DNA of 32,000 nt, from assembly GCA_031256725.1 (NCBI GenBank), contig JAIRQE010000016.1, forward strand, positions 4,099 through 36,098, read 5' to 3'. The notes under the pieces are model-generated. The model made no database searches, was not told where the DNA came from, and saw only the letters and a list, made by a program, of their open reading frames with translations. The translations under genes were made by a program, and so were the position numbers. Below are positions 6,893 through 15,830 of this stretch, piece after piece (position 1 is the stretch's first letter; each line of letters starts with the position of its first letter). The DNA is from Propionibacteriaceae bacterium (GTDB lineage: Bacteria > Actinomycetota > Actinomycetes > Propionibacteriales > Propionibacteriaceae).

Positions 6893-7168
6893 ATGGAGAC
6901 TGGTGATTTGGTTGCAGTGTGGGCCACTGAGACTGGTGTGCCCCAGAAGTTTGAGTGGCGTGGACACTCTTATGTGGTCTGTGGTCATCCTGTGCCATGG
7001 GTGGATCGCCTGCCGTGGTGGAGCCTTGGACAGGAGGGACCGCTGAATGCATTGGAGCAGCAGATGTGGAGGGTCTCGGGGGTGAATCCCGATACTGGTC
7101 ATGTCACCTGTGTGGATTTGGCTGTGGAAGAGCCCTCATGGTGGCGGCTGGCGAGTATTCACGAGTGA
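6893..7168 (+). CDS. Small Trp-rich protein of the kind found next to actinobacterial mutasome genes (DUF6504-like, family name from memory)
   Basis: The product is 91 aa: ...PQKFEWRGHSYVVCGHPVPW......WW......MWRVSG......DLAVEEPSWWRLASIHE. The GAGG SD is 6 nt upstream. The stop (7166-7168) lies immediately before the polymerase ATG at 7170. Confidence 0.65.
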   Translation: METGDLVAVWATETGVPQKFEWRGHSYVVCGHPVPWVDRLPWWSLGQEGPLNALEQQMWRVSGVNPDTGHVTCVDLAVEEPSWWRLASIHE

Positions 7169-7169
7169 C

Positions 7170-10100
7170 ATGTCGACAGGGTTTGTGCATTTGCATGTGG
7201 CGAGTTGTTTCTCGACACATTTTGGTACTGCGTGGCCTGAGGATTTTGTCCTGGCTCAGAGCTTATCCCCGGCGGCAGCATTAACGGATCGCGATGGATT
7301 TTATGGGGTGGTTCGCCATGTACGAACCTGTCTTGAAGTGGGGATCTCGCCCATCGTGGGGGTAGACCTATGCGTGGGTTCTCATGATCGTGTGAGGCTG
7401 GACAGTACCCGTGGAACCCGTGCTCATAACACCTATGACGGTGGAATAGTTGGTGGCCAGATTACGGTCCTGGCCCATGGGCATGATCATGGTGTGGGGT
7501 GGGCGAGTGTTTCTCGTCTTATTTCTGCTGCCCATCATGATGGGGTCAAGAATGGGCCAGGGACGATTAACCGAGCGGCGATGGTTACCCCGGATCGAAT
7601 CCCATCCCTTCTTTGTGGGGATGATGGACCCTGTGCGACCATTCTTCTTGGTCCGGAGTCTGATCTAGGACAGGCCGTCTTGGCTTCAGATGTACCACGG
7701 GCGAAAACCCTTCTCAGGGCTTGGAAATCCGCATTTCCGAATATCGTGATCGAGATCTCAAGTCATTACACGCAACCAGGGATGAGTGGGTCGATACCCC
7801 ATGCGGCCGGGATGTTTGAGATGGCTTTAGCGAGTGGTACTCCGTTTGTACTCACGAATGCTGTGCGCTATCTCCACCGCGATGATGCGATCACTGGGGA
7901 TCTTCTCGATTCAGCTGGACGCCTGCAACCAATGGGGAGTTTTGATCCGCAGCCGAATGCCCAAGCCTGGCTCAAGGATGCGAAATCTATGCGACAGGTG
8001 GCTGAGGATGTGGCCAGATATGCCGGGGAGCCTGGGTTGGCGACGAGGCTTTATGAATCACCACTGCCCTTGGTGGAGCGCTGTGTTGTGGATCCGCATG
8101 AGGATTTGGGGTGGCAGCGAGCCAAGGTGCCAGAACTGGAGGTGATAGGCCTGTCAGGGGACCCTCAAAAGATCTTGGATGAGCGATGTCGAGGAGGGTT
8201 GGTACATCGGTGGCCACGTCCTAATCAGGATCTTCTGAATCAGATCACAGATCGGTTAAACACTGAACTTCGGATCATCGAGTCCTTCGGTTTCGCAACC
8301 TATTTTCTCATGGTGGCAGATGTCGTTGATCTGATTAAAGGTCTCAAAATTAGGGTACAAGCGCGCGGTTCGGGAGCAGGGTCGCTGGTCAATTATTGCT
8401 TGGGAGTCTCGAACGTGGATCCGGTGGAGAATGATCTACTTTTCGAGCGTTTCCTTGGGCTCAAGAGGGAGACCTTGCCCGACATCGACATTGATGTGGA
8501 ATCTGCCAGGCGCCACGACGTGTACTACGCAGTCACGCGTAGGTATGGGTCCCATCGGGTGGCTCTGCTGTCGATGCAAAACCAGTACAAGACTCGTGGT
8601 GCTCTCAGGGATACTGGCCTGGCTCTGGGGTTGCCGAACGAGAAGATTGACCGTACCGCCAAATCCTTATGGAGACTCAATGTATCCGAGATATCTGAGG
8701 CACTGAAATCTCGACCCGAGTTGGCGGAACTCGCCCGTGAAGTCGACGCTGATCCACGATTGCGGGTACTTCTCAACCAGAGTAAGCGGCTGTATCGCTT
8801 GCCGCGCTATATTGCTATGCACCCGTGTGGGGTGATCCTTTCAGACCAGCATCTGCTCAGTCTGACGCCGACCCAGCCTTCTGGGCTGGGGATTCCAATG
8901 AGCCAATTTGATAAGGATGATATTGACGACATGGGATTACTAAAGCTAGATATTTTGGGGGTACGGATGCAATCCACGATTGCCTACACCCTCGACGAGA
9001 TTGAACGCCGTCACGGGGACAGGGTTGATGTGGAGACCATCGCCTTCGATGATGAACCCACTTTCGACCAGATTCGTAGTACCCACAACCTGGGGGTGTT
9101 TCAGATCGAATCCCGTGGTCAGCGTGAACTTGTCGGCACAATGCAGCCGGATTCTTTCGCTGATCTGGTGGCTGACATCTCGCTGTATCGCCCAGGGCCG
9201 ATGAAAAGCAATATGATTACTCCCTTTGTGGAGGCGAAACTGGGATTTCGTTCACCCCAATGCCTGCATCCGCGTTTTCGTCAGACTCTGGGGGACTCCT
9301 ATGGTGTGGTGATCTATCACGAACATGTGATTCGGATCCTCGCTGACTGTATGGGGATCACCTTGGGGGAAGCTGATGGGGTGCGCCGACGACTGGGGAA
9401 GCACCACGACGATGTTGAAGTGGAGTTCCGGACTCGAGCTGCGCAACGCAGTGATGAGCATGGGCGGCGACTGTTCACTGATGCCTATATTGATCGAATC
9501 TGGGAAACCATGAAGAGTTTTGGTAGCTTCGGATTCTGTAAGGCTCATGCAGCGGCTGTTGCGGTGACCACCTATCAGTCGGCCTGGTTGAAGACCCATT
9601 ATCCGGTCGAGTTCATGGCTGGGATCATGGAACATGGTCCAGGGATGTACCCCAAGAGACTCCTACTCACCGAAGCTAAACGCATGGGGATTCCCATCTA
9701 CGGGATCGACGTGAACACCTCGACTGACCATTATCGGGTTGACGAGGGGGCCCAGGGTGCGGGGATTCGGATGCCCTTCATCGAGATCAAAGGGATCTCT
9801 GGGACAGAGGTACGTCGCTTGATCGAGGGGCAACCCTATTCCTCTGTTCTTGATGTGATCCAACGTGGAAGGGTTTCGCGTGTCACGATGCAGCGGTTGG
9901 CTGGGATTGGTGGCCTCGATTCTGTGTCACGCGGCTCCTCTAGGGGTACAATCCTCGCGCAGGTACGCCATCTCACAGCTCGACCAATCGCGACACCCTG
10001 TGAAGATCAGGAGGCACTCGTGGATGAGGATGGGGTCTCAACTATCGTCTTTCCTGAGGTACCCGACGTGGATCCCCTTTCTGCAGAACTCGACATTCTC

Positions 10101-10481
10101 GGTATTGATGTCAGTGGCCATGCCCTTGATCCGTGGAGGGGACTCTTGGATGAGATTGGTGTCACCCCTGTTGATCAGCTCTTGAATCTGCGCAACAACT
10201 CTCGAGTAGTTGTCGCTGGAATCCGAGTTTCCGCCATGACCTCACCCAGCAAATCCAAGAAGCGTGTGGTCTTCATCTCCCTCGACGATGGTACAGGTGT
10301 GGCTGACTGTGCTTTCTTTGATGATGCTCAACATCGTGTTGGTCCCGACCTGTTTCGTACCCGGTTGCTCGCCGTCAAAGGGATCACCAGACGTACAGGG
10401 GCTAAGGGGATCAGCATCAATGCTACTGAAGCCTGGGATTTCACCCGTGCGGTGTCACAAGATACATCTCATGATATCTGA
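7170..10481 (+). CDS. dnaE2: Error-prone DNA polymerase III alpha-type subunit (DnaE2-like)
   Basis: The product is 1103 aa from the ATG at 7170. The ORF-track start at 7101 would overlap the upstream gene. It has an N-terminal PHP-like region (FVHLHVASCFS, ALTDRDGFYG), a polymerase core with LPDIDIDVES catalytic aspartates, FQIESRGQ, LYRPGPM and FGFCKAHAAA blocks, and a C-terminal OB region. The size and the LexA box favour DnaE2 over the replicative DnaE1. Confidence 0.8.
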   Translation: MSTGFVHLHVASCFSTHFGTAWPEDFVLAQSLSPAAALTDRDGFYGVVRHVRTCLEVGISPIVGVDLCVGSHDRVRLDSTRGTRAHNTYDGGIVGGQITVLAHGHDHGVGWASVSRLISAAHHDGVKNGPGTINRAAMVTPDRIPSLLCGDDGPCATILLGPESDLGQAVLASDVPRAKTLLRAWKSAFPNIVIEISSHYTQPGMSGSIPHAAGMFEMALASGTPFVLTNAVRYLHRDDAITGDLLDSAGRLQPMGSFDPQPNAQAWLKDAKSMRQVAEDVARYAGEPGLATRLYESPLPLVERCVVDPHEDLGWQRAKVPELEVIGLSGDPQKILDERCRGGLVHRWPRPNQDLLNQITDRLNTELRIIESFGFATYFLMVADVVDLIKGLKIRVQARGSGAGSLVNYCLGVSNVDPVENDLLFERFLGLKRETLPDIDIDVESARRHDVYYAVTRRYGSHRVALLSMQNQYKTRGALRDTGLALGLPNEKIDRTAKSLWRLNVSEISEALKSRPELAELAREVDADPRLRVLLNQSKRLYRLPRYIAMHPCGVILSDQHLLSLTPTQPSGLGIPMSQFDKDDIDDMGLLKLDILGVRMQSTIAYTLDEIERRHGDRVDVETIAFDDEPTFDQIRSTHNLGVFQIESRGQRELVGTMQPDSFADLVADISLYRPGPMKSNMITPFVEAKLGFRSPQCLHPRFRQTLGDSYGVVIYHEHVIRILADCMGITLGEADGVRRRLGKHHDDVEVEFRTRAAQRSDEHGRRLFTDAYIDRIWETMKSFGSFGFCKAHAAAVAVTTYQSAWLKTHYPVEFMAGIMEHGPGMYPKRLLLTEAKRMGIPIYGIDVNTSTDHYRVDEGAQGAGIRMPFIEIKGISGTEVRRLIEGQPYSSVLDVIQRGRVSRVTMQRLAGIGGLDSVSRGSSRGTILAQVRHLTARPIATPCEDQEALVDEDGVSTIVFPEVPDVDPLSAELDILGIDVSGHALDPWRGLLDEIGVTPVDQLLNLRNNSRVVVAGIRVSAMTSPSKSKKRVVFISLDDGTGVADCAFFDDAQHRVGPDLFRTRLLAVKGITRRTGAKGISINATEAWDFTRAVSQDTSHDI

Positions 10482-10482
10482 A

Positions 10483-11838
10483 TCATGTCTGGGGTTGAAC
10501 AATGAGGGGAGTCTCATTATTGAGGAGATCCTGGACATCGCTGTTGTCGAGGTGGGGGAGGTAGGGAGCAATGGGGCCCTGAGTGGAGTAGAGGACCACT
10601 GAGGCTAGTTCGCGTCGGCGCTGAAGAAGGCCAGCGCTCACATTGATTCCCTGGATCCTATTGTGGGGAACGATGGTGACTCGTCGGGTGAAGCGGCCAT
10701 TGCGAATAATGAGCGCGTAGGGGGTTGATGTGTATCCCTGGTGCTGCCAGGCCACAGGGTCAAAGAGCCGGGCTTTGGGGGAGGATTTGACGAACCCGGG
10801 ACCCGAGATCGCACCATGCATGACAGCATCAATGACCTCCCAGACCTCAGGTTTCGTGGCCTCGGGCATGATGGATGCTACAGCAAGGGACGCCATAGTT
10901 GGGTCGGCAACAGGAACAAGGAGTGTACGGGTCTCCGCTTGGAGTCCGTACCCAGCCACATTCAAGTCGATTCTCCACCAATTGGGTTTGCGCCACCACA
11001 GGCGTTGGCGTAGGCGTACCGCTTGAATTCGGTTGGCGGGAATGGATTGGTTAACCCGAGTGAGCAAGCCATGAGTGAGATGTACTCCGTCTGGATGTAC
11101 GTAGCCAGTGAATCCCATCTCGGTGATGACATGCTTCCAGAACACACGGACGAGCCCATAGAAGAAGGGCAGGAGTCCAATCAACCCAGTCCAGGTTTCA
11201 AAGTAGAGCGAGAAGGCGATAGTGGCAATGATTGCTGCCAGTGTGAACCAAGGTTCCCAGGTACGAAGATAGGACTGGATCGTCCAAGAGGGTGGTACCT
11301 GAAAAAGATGGGCATTCTCGGTTGGATCCTGGTGTGCAGGAGTGGAACTGATGGTCTTACGTGAGAGGATCTCCGCCCGTACTGCTTCAGCATGGGTTGC
11401 CGTTAAATAGGCTAGTGAAAGATGGGAATCGAGACCCCCAGCGGATTCCAACTTGAGTTCTGCGAGACCGAAGATACGTGCGACAACCGGGCGTACGATG
11501 TCGATGGCTTCGAGTTGGTCAAGCCTGAGACTGCGGTGACGTCGAGAGATGATTCCAGTGTTGAGTTCCACTGATTCGCTGCCCACACGGAAACGGGCCA
11601 TACGCCACCAAATGAAGTTGTACGTCGTTGCGATGGCGACGATACCGAGGACAGCCAAGACGATGGCCCATATTCCGGTTGCTCTCCCAAATTCGAGGGC
11701 TTCACGGAAATTGTCGCGCATAGAGTTGATCATGAATCCGATAATGGCCACGATCACCAGCCAGCCGCGCAACCATGGGGTCAAGGGATGAAGGCGCTGC
11801 CAGTCACGGTCAGCGGCGAGAGGTTCTTGAGGGATCAT
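10483..11838 (-). CDS. YdbT-like membrane protein with repeated bPH2 (bacterial pleckstrin-homology, DUF304) domains
   Basis: The product is 451 aa. TM hairpins are followed by a repeated motif of the type G.I.RR.RS..LD.LEAIDI..P...RIFGLAEL. The start overlaps the upstream gene by 4 nt. Confidence 0.85.
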   Translation of the reverse strand: MIPQEPLAADRDWQRLHPLTPWLRGWLVIVAIIGFMINSMRDNFREALEFGRATGIWAIVLAVLGIVAIATTYNFIWWRMARFRVGSESVELNTGIISRRHRSLRLDQLEAIDIVRPVVARIFGLAELKLESAGGLDSHLSLAYLTATHAEAVRAEILSRKTISSTPAHQDPTENAHLFQVPPSWTIQSYLRTWEPWFTLAAIIATIAFSLYFETWTGLIGLLPFFYGLVRVFWKHVITEMGFTGYVHPDGVHLTHGLLTRVNQSIPANRIQAVRLRQRLWWRKPNWWRIDLNVAGYGLQAETRTLLVPVADPTMASLAVASIMPEATKPEVWEVIDAVMHGAISGPGFVKSSPKARLFDPVAWQHQGYTSTPYALIIRNGRFTRRVTIVPHNRIQGINVSAGLLQRRRELASVVLYSTQGPIAPYLPHLDNSDVQDLLNNETPLIVQPQT

Positions 11839-12782
11839 TGGGTCGCCTCAGGGGTCTGGGGTTGCGGTTTGTCCCCAATGGACGATTCTGGGTTGGGAGT
11901 CCCCTCGTCATTGTGCGCACTGCGACTTTGCGCATAGGCTTCGTCGTAGAATCCAAGATTGTACCCAGGGTTCGGGTGCTGAAATCCTGGGTCTGCAGGT
12001 GGATAATTCCCTTGCACGGGTTGCCCCATGGGTGGTGGATAGCTTGGTTGCATGGGTTGGATCATCTGGGGCTGAGCCATCTGTGGGTACCCCTGTGGCG
12101 GGCCTGGTTGAACTGGGAAACCGGGGTACTGTGGAGTAGGGGAATGGTGTCCCATGGGTGGGAACATCGAAGGTACTGCCCCTGCAAAACCGGATGGTGC
12201 TGGAGGGGGCTGACCAATGTTCGGATTAATCTGGGGATCATCAAGGGTGGCTTTATCGACTGGGTGTCCAGTGAGGTTCTCCCGATCTGTGAGGATCTCC
12301 CTCATCTGAGCGGCAATATCGGGAGTTAGCCCCGCAATTGTGGCTGCCAAAGAGGGAGAGGCCGTACTCACGGAAACACTGGCAAGGCCAAAGGCTCGTT
12401 CCAGCGGACCGACATTAATGTCAACGTACTGGATGCGAACATAGGGAATGATGGTGAGGTTGCGGTTCAAGATTCCGGAACGATAGAAGAGGTCGCGGTT
12501 GCGTAGGGCATAGGCCATGGCCTTGACTCGACGTGGAATGAGGACCGCAGTCCAACCAAAGAAAGCAGCAATGATTCCTGTTATAAGGTAGGCCCAAATG
12601 GTCGACCACAGAAGGCAGGTGACGGCGCAAATGATCGCCATGGGGATTGCAGCGATGGCCAGGCTCACCAGCCGTACAGTCGCGAGTTGGGGTTGCACCT
12701 TATTCCACTGCACATCTGGTGGATCAAAGGGGTTTGCGGGAGCACTCGTGGTTAGAGATTCAACATCAGCCATAGATCCCAT
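11835..12782 (-). CDS. YdbS-like bPH2-domain membrane protein with a long Pro/Gln/Met-rich C-terminal tail
   Basis: The N-terminal roughly 175 aa contain two TM helices plus a bPH2 block (LFYRSGILNRNLTIIPYVRIQYVDINVGPLERAFGLASVSV). The C-terminal roughly 135 aa are low-complexity, for example PPMGHHSPTPQYPGFPVQPGPPQGYPQMAQPQMIQPMQPSYPPPMGQP. Confidence 0.85.
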   Translation of the reverse strand: MGSMADVESLTTSAPANPFDPPDVQWNKVQPQLATVRLVSLAIAAIPMAIICAVTCLLWSTIWAYLITGIIAAFFGWTAVLIPRRVKAMAYALRNRDLFYRSGILNRNLTIIPYVRIQYVDINVGPLERAFGLASVSVSTASPSLAATIAGLTPDIAAQMREILTDRENLTGHPVDKATLDDPQINPNIGQPPPAPSGFAGAVPSMFPPMGHHSPTPQYPGFPVQPGPPQGYPQMAQPQMIQPMQPSYPPPMGQPVQGNYPPADPGFQHPNPGYNLGFYDEAYAQSRSAHNDEGTPNPESSIGDKPQPQTPEATQ

Positions 12783-12836
12783 TGTTGCATAGGTCGTGGA
12801 TGGGTGATCAAGTACCAGAGATTAAGGGGTGATAAA

Positions 12837-12863
12837 CTGGCACTCCCGTAGGGTGAGTGCTAG
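12837..12863 (+). promoter_or_regulatory. CIRCE element (HrcA operator) CTGGCACTC-N9-GAGTGCTAG
   Basis: This is an inverted repeat matching the CIRCE consensus TTAGCACTC-N9-GAGTGCTAA in the high-GC variant form. It lies immediately upstream of the hrcA SD and start. Confidence 0.8.
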
Positions 12864-12871
12864 GAGGTGTG

Positions 12872-13879
12872 ATGCTCGACGACCGGAAACTGGCTGTACT
12901 GCGAGCCATCGTCACCGACTATGTGCAGTCTCATGAGCCTGTGGGGTCTCGCGCGATAGTGGAGAGACACAACCTTGATGTGAGTTCGGCGACTGTACGC
13001 AATGACATGGCTGCCCTAGAGGAAGAGGGGTACATCACCCATCCCCATACCTCTGCTGGTCGAATTCCGACTGACAAGGGGTATCGCCTCTTCGTGGATC
13101 GCTTGGCGGCCATGAAACCGTTGACGAATGCTGAGAAGAAGGCCATCACCCATTTCTTGAGTGGGGCGGCTGATATCGATGACATCGTGACCAGAACAGT
13201 ACGACTCCTTGCTCAGGTAACTCAACAGGTTGCGATCATGCAGTACCCAACCATGGGTGCCGCAGTGGTACGCCGAGTCGATCTCATATCCCTCCATGAT
13301 TCTCGGGGGCTGCTCATTGTGGTCAACTCCTTGGGGAAGGTGGCCCAGCGTTCTATTGATTTCGGATCGATGGATGAGGAGTCTTTGACCCAACTCAGGG
13401 ATCGACTCAATGATGCTCTTGCGGGGCTGGGGCCAAGCCGTGCTGCCCAGGTTCTCGCGGATTTTTCCTCTACCGTTTCCCCGGAAGTACGCCCGATCAT
13501 CCATGGGATTGTTGCTGGTGTACTCGATATCCTGGCTACAGATCAACCAACAAGAATTGTCGTTGCTGGGATCAATCATGTCTCCCAGTTTTCTGATGAG
13601 TTTGAGACCTCGATCCGACCCGTACTCGACACCTTGGAGGAGCAGATGGTACTCCTCAAACTCTTGGGGGAGGCCTCAGCTGAGGTGACTGTACGCATCG
13701 GTCAAGAAAATGAGCATGCGAATCTGTCCACGGCATCCGTGGTCGCCTCTGGCTATGGTGTCGATGATGCCTGGGCAGGGCTTGGAATCGTCGGGCCGAC
13801 CCGCATGGACTACCCCTCAACGATGGCATCCGTACGCGCCGTCGCCCGTTATGTGAGCCGGATACTGGCTGAAGGATAA
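12872..13879 (+). CDS. hrcA: Heat-inducible transcriptional repressor HrcA
   Basis: The sequence [72 protein letters not shown] is canonical HrcA. I chose the ATG at 12872 (AGGAGG 5 nt upstream). The ORF-track GTG at 12857 lies inside CIRCE. Confidence 0.95.
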   Translation: MLDDRKLAVLRAIVTDYVQSHEPVGSRAIVERHNLDVSSATVRNDMAALEEEGYITHPHTSAGRIPTDKGYRLFVDRLAAMKPLTNAEKKAITHFLSGAADIDDIVTRTVRLLAQVTQQVAIMQYPTMGAAVVRRVDLISLHDSRGLLIVVNSLGKVAQRSIDFGSMDEESLTQLRDRLNDALAGLGPSRAAQVLADFSSTVSPEVRPIIHGIVAGVLDILATDQPTRIVVAGINHVSQFSDEFETSIRPVLDTLEEQMVLLKLLGEASAEVTVRIGQENEHANLSTASVVASGYGVDDAWAGLGIVGPTRMDYPSTMASVRAVARYVSRILAEG

Positions 13880-13880
13880 A

Positions 13881-15029
13881 ATGACAACTGATTATTACTC
13901 TCTCCTTGGCGTGCCCAGGGATGCCTCCGACGAGGAGATCAAGAAGGCCTACCGCAAGCTCGCCATGAAGTACCATCCCGACGTTGCGAGCGAAGAGGGT
14001 GCAGCCGAGAAGTTTAAGGAGATTGGCGAAGCCTATGAGGTCTTGTCCGATCCCCAGAAGAAGAGCGTGTACGACCGTGGTGGAGATCCCTGGGGTGGCG
14101 GTGGTCCCGGCTTCTCAGGCTTCGGAGGTACCTTCGATTTCTCGACGATCATGGACGCGATGTTCGGTGGTGGAATGGGATCCAGAGGGCCACGATCTAG
14201 GGTTGCTCGCGGACAGGATCGCCTTGAGCGGATGTCGTTGCCCCTTGTGGATGCCTCTTTCGGTGTGATACGCGAGATTACTATCGAGTCTCTGGTTCTC
14301 TGTGGATCCTGTACAGGCTCAGGTGCTGCGGATTCCTCTAAGCCAGTGAGCTGTCGTATATGTCAAGGCCGTGGCGAGGTCACCCAGGTTCAACGCTCCT
14401 TCATCGGCGATATCCGTACCTCCTCCCCATGCCCCCAGTGTCGAGGATTCGGATCAATTATCGAAAACCCCTGCCCGGAATGCTATGGCGACGGGCGGGT
14501 CAAGATGAAGCGCAACCTCTCGGTCAAGGTTCCAGCAGGTGTAACAACTGGTAATAGAATCCGTCTTGAATCCCAAGGCGATGTGGGTTCCGGTGGTGGC
14601 CCTGCTGGTGATCTTTATGTTGAGTTGGTTGTCTCCGAACATGAGATGTTTACCCGCGCAGGGGACAACCTTGAGACCACTCTCAAGATTCCGATGACTG
14701 CTGCTGCCCTCGGGGCGGAACTCCATCTGGCAACTATTGATGCCGAACGTGAAGGCTGTGAACCTGGTGACGCCATCGCTATGGTGACGATCACAGCGGG
14801 TACCCAGACCGGTTCCAAGTTGGTGGTCAAAGGTCGTGGCGTACCAAAGCTTCGTGGGCGTGGCCGTGGAGACATGATCATCCATGTTGTCGTCAGCACA
14901 CCAACCAACCTTGATGATTCCCAGCGCGAATTGCTTGGGCAATTAGCAGGACTCCGTGGTGAGGATGGGCCCATCAAACCTCGTGCTGACAAGGGATTCT
15001 TCGACAAACTACGCGAGGCATTTTCGTGA
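13881..15029 (+). CDS. dnaJ: Molecular chaperone DnaJ
   Basis: It has a J domain ([31 protein letters not shown]), a G/F-rich linker and four CxxCxGxG zinc-finger motifs. Confidence 0.95.
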   Translation: MTTDYYSLLGVPRDASDEEIKKAYRKLAMKYHPDVASEEGAAEKFKEIGEAYEVLSDPQKKSVYDRGGDPWGGGGPGFSGFGGTFDFSTIMDAMFGGGMGSRGPRSRVARGQDRLERMSLPLVDASFGVIREITIESLVLCGSCTGSGAADSSKPVSCRICQGRGEVTQVQRSFIGDIRTSSPCPQCRGFGSIIENPCPECYGDGRVKMKRNLSVKVPAGVTTGNRIRLESQGDVGSGGGPAGDLYVELVVSEHEMFTRAGDNLETTLKIPMTAAALGAELHLATIDAEREGCEPGDAIAMVTITAGTQTGSKLVVKGRGVPKLRGRGRGDMIIHVVVSTPTNLDDSQRELLGQLAGLRGEDGPIKPRADKGFFDKLREAFS

Positions 15030-15808
15030 GCGACGGGTTCTTCGTCGGATATATTCCTGAGGATTCATCCCCTGGGAGTCAGGTTTTTCTCGAGGGTTCT
15101 GAGGCTCACCATGCTGCAGTGGTACGGCGGTTAGCCGTGGGTGAGTCGGTCGTGATCGCCGATGGATTGGGTCGAGGGGTTGTGGGGGTTGTTGACTCTG
15201 TATCAAAGACCCGAGTATGTGTTGAGGTTGAGTCTGTGGTGGATGCTCCCGAATCCCCACTGAGGATCACCGTGGCCCAGGCTTTCCCGAAGACCGATCG
15301 CGCTGAACTGGCGGTGGATCTGATGACCGAGGTTGGAGTCGATGAGATCCTGGGTTGGGCTGGGGCTAGATCCCAGGTTCGCTGGACGGGGGAGCGTGGT
15401 GAGAAGGCTCACAGTAAGTGGGTGAATGCTGCACGAGAGTCCTCAAAACAGTCTCGACGTTTGAGGTTCCCAATGGTCGGACCCTGGGTTTCTGCCACTG
15501 AGGTTGCTCGCAGGATCGCTGAATCCGAATACGGGATCATCATGCATGAGAAGGCCACTCGCTCGATTGTTGACTGTGTACTTCCAAGCCAGGGTGATGT
15601 TGTGATTGTCATTGGCCCCGAGGGTGGCCTAAGTGATGATGAGGTTCGTACCTTTGAGGATGCCGGTGGTCAGACCTATTCCATGGGGGAGACTGTGTTG
15701 CGTACCTCGACTGCTGGCGCGGTCGCTGTCACACAAGTCCGCCTGTTGTCTCAGCGGGGCCGGTTCGTTTCTGACACATTTTCGTGTCAGAGGGGACAGG
15801 TCATCTGA
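15026..15808 (+). CDS. rsmE: 16S rRNA (uracil1498-N3)-methyltransferase RsmE
   Basis: The GTG start overlaps the dnaJ stop. Family blocks are present: [40 protein letters not shown] and LRTSTAG. Confidence 0.9.
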   Translation: MSDGFFVGYIPEDSSPGSQVFLEGSEAHHAAVVRRLAVGESVVIADGLGRGVVGVVDSVSKTRVCVEVESVVDAPESPLRITVAQAFPKTDRAELAVDLMTEVGVDEILGWAGARSQVRWTGERGEKAHSKWVNAARESSKQSRRLRFPMVGPWVSATEVARRIAESEYGIIMHEKATRSIVDCVLPSQGDVVIVIGPEGGLSDDEVRTFEDAGGQTYSMGETVLRTSTAGAVAVTQVRLLSQRGRFVSDTFSCQRGQVI

Positions 15809-15830
15809 CGTGAAGGGAATAAGGTAATCA

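Noticed and set aside
7101-7169. 23-codon N-terminal extension of the DnaE2-like ORF given in the ORF track
   Set aside because: The extension would overlap the last 68 nt of the upstream small gene and encodes a non-conserved Trp-rich peptide. The ATG at 7170, just after the upstream stop, begins directly at the PHP motif region.
12857-12871. GTG start of hrcA at 12857
   Set aside because: The codon lies inside the right arm of CIRCE and upstream of the AGGAGG SD. The ATG at 12872 has proper SD spacing and gives the canonical MLDDRKL... N-terminus.
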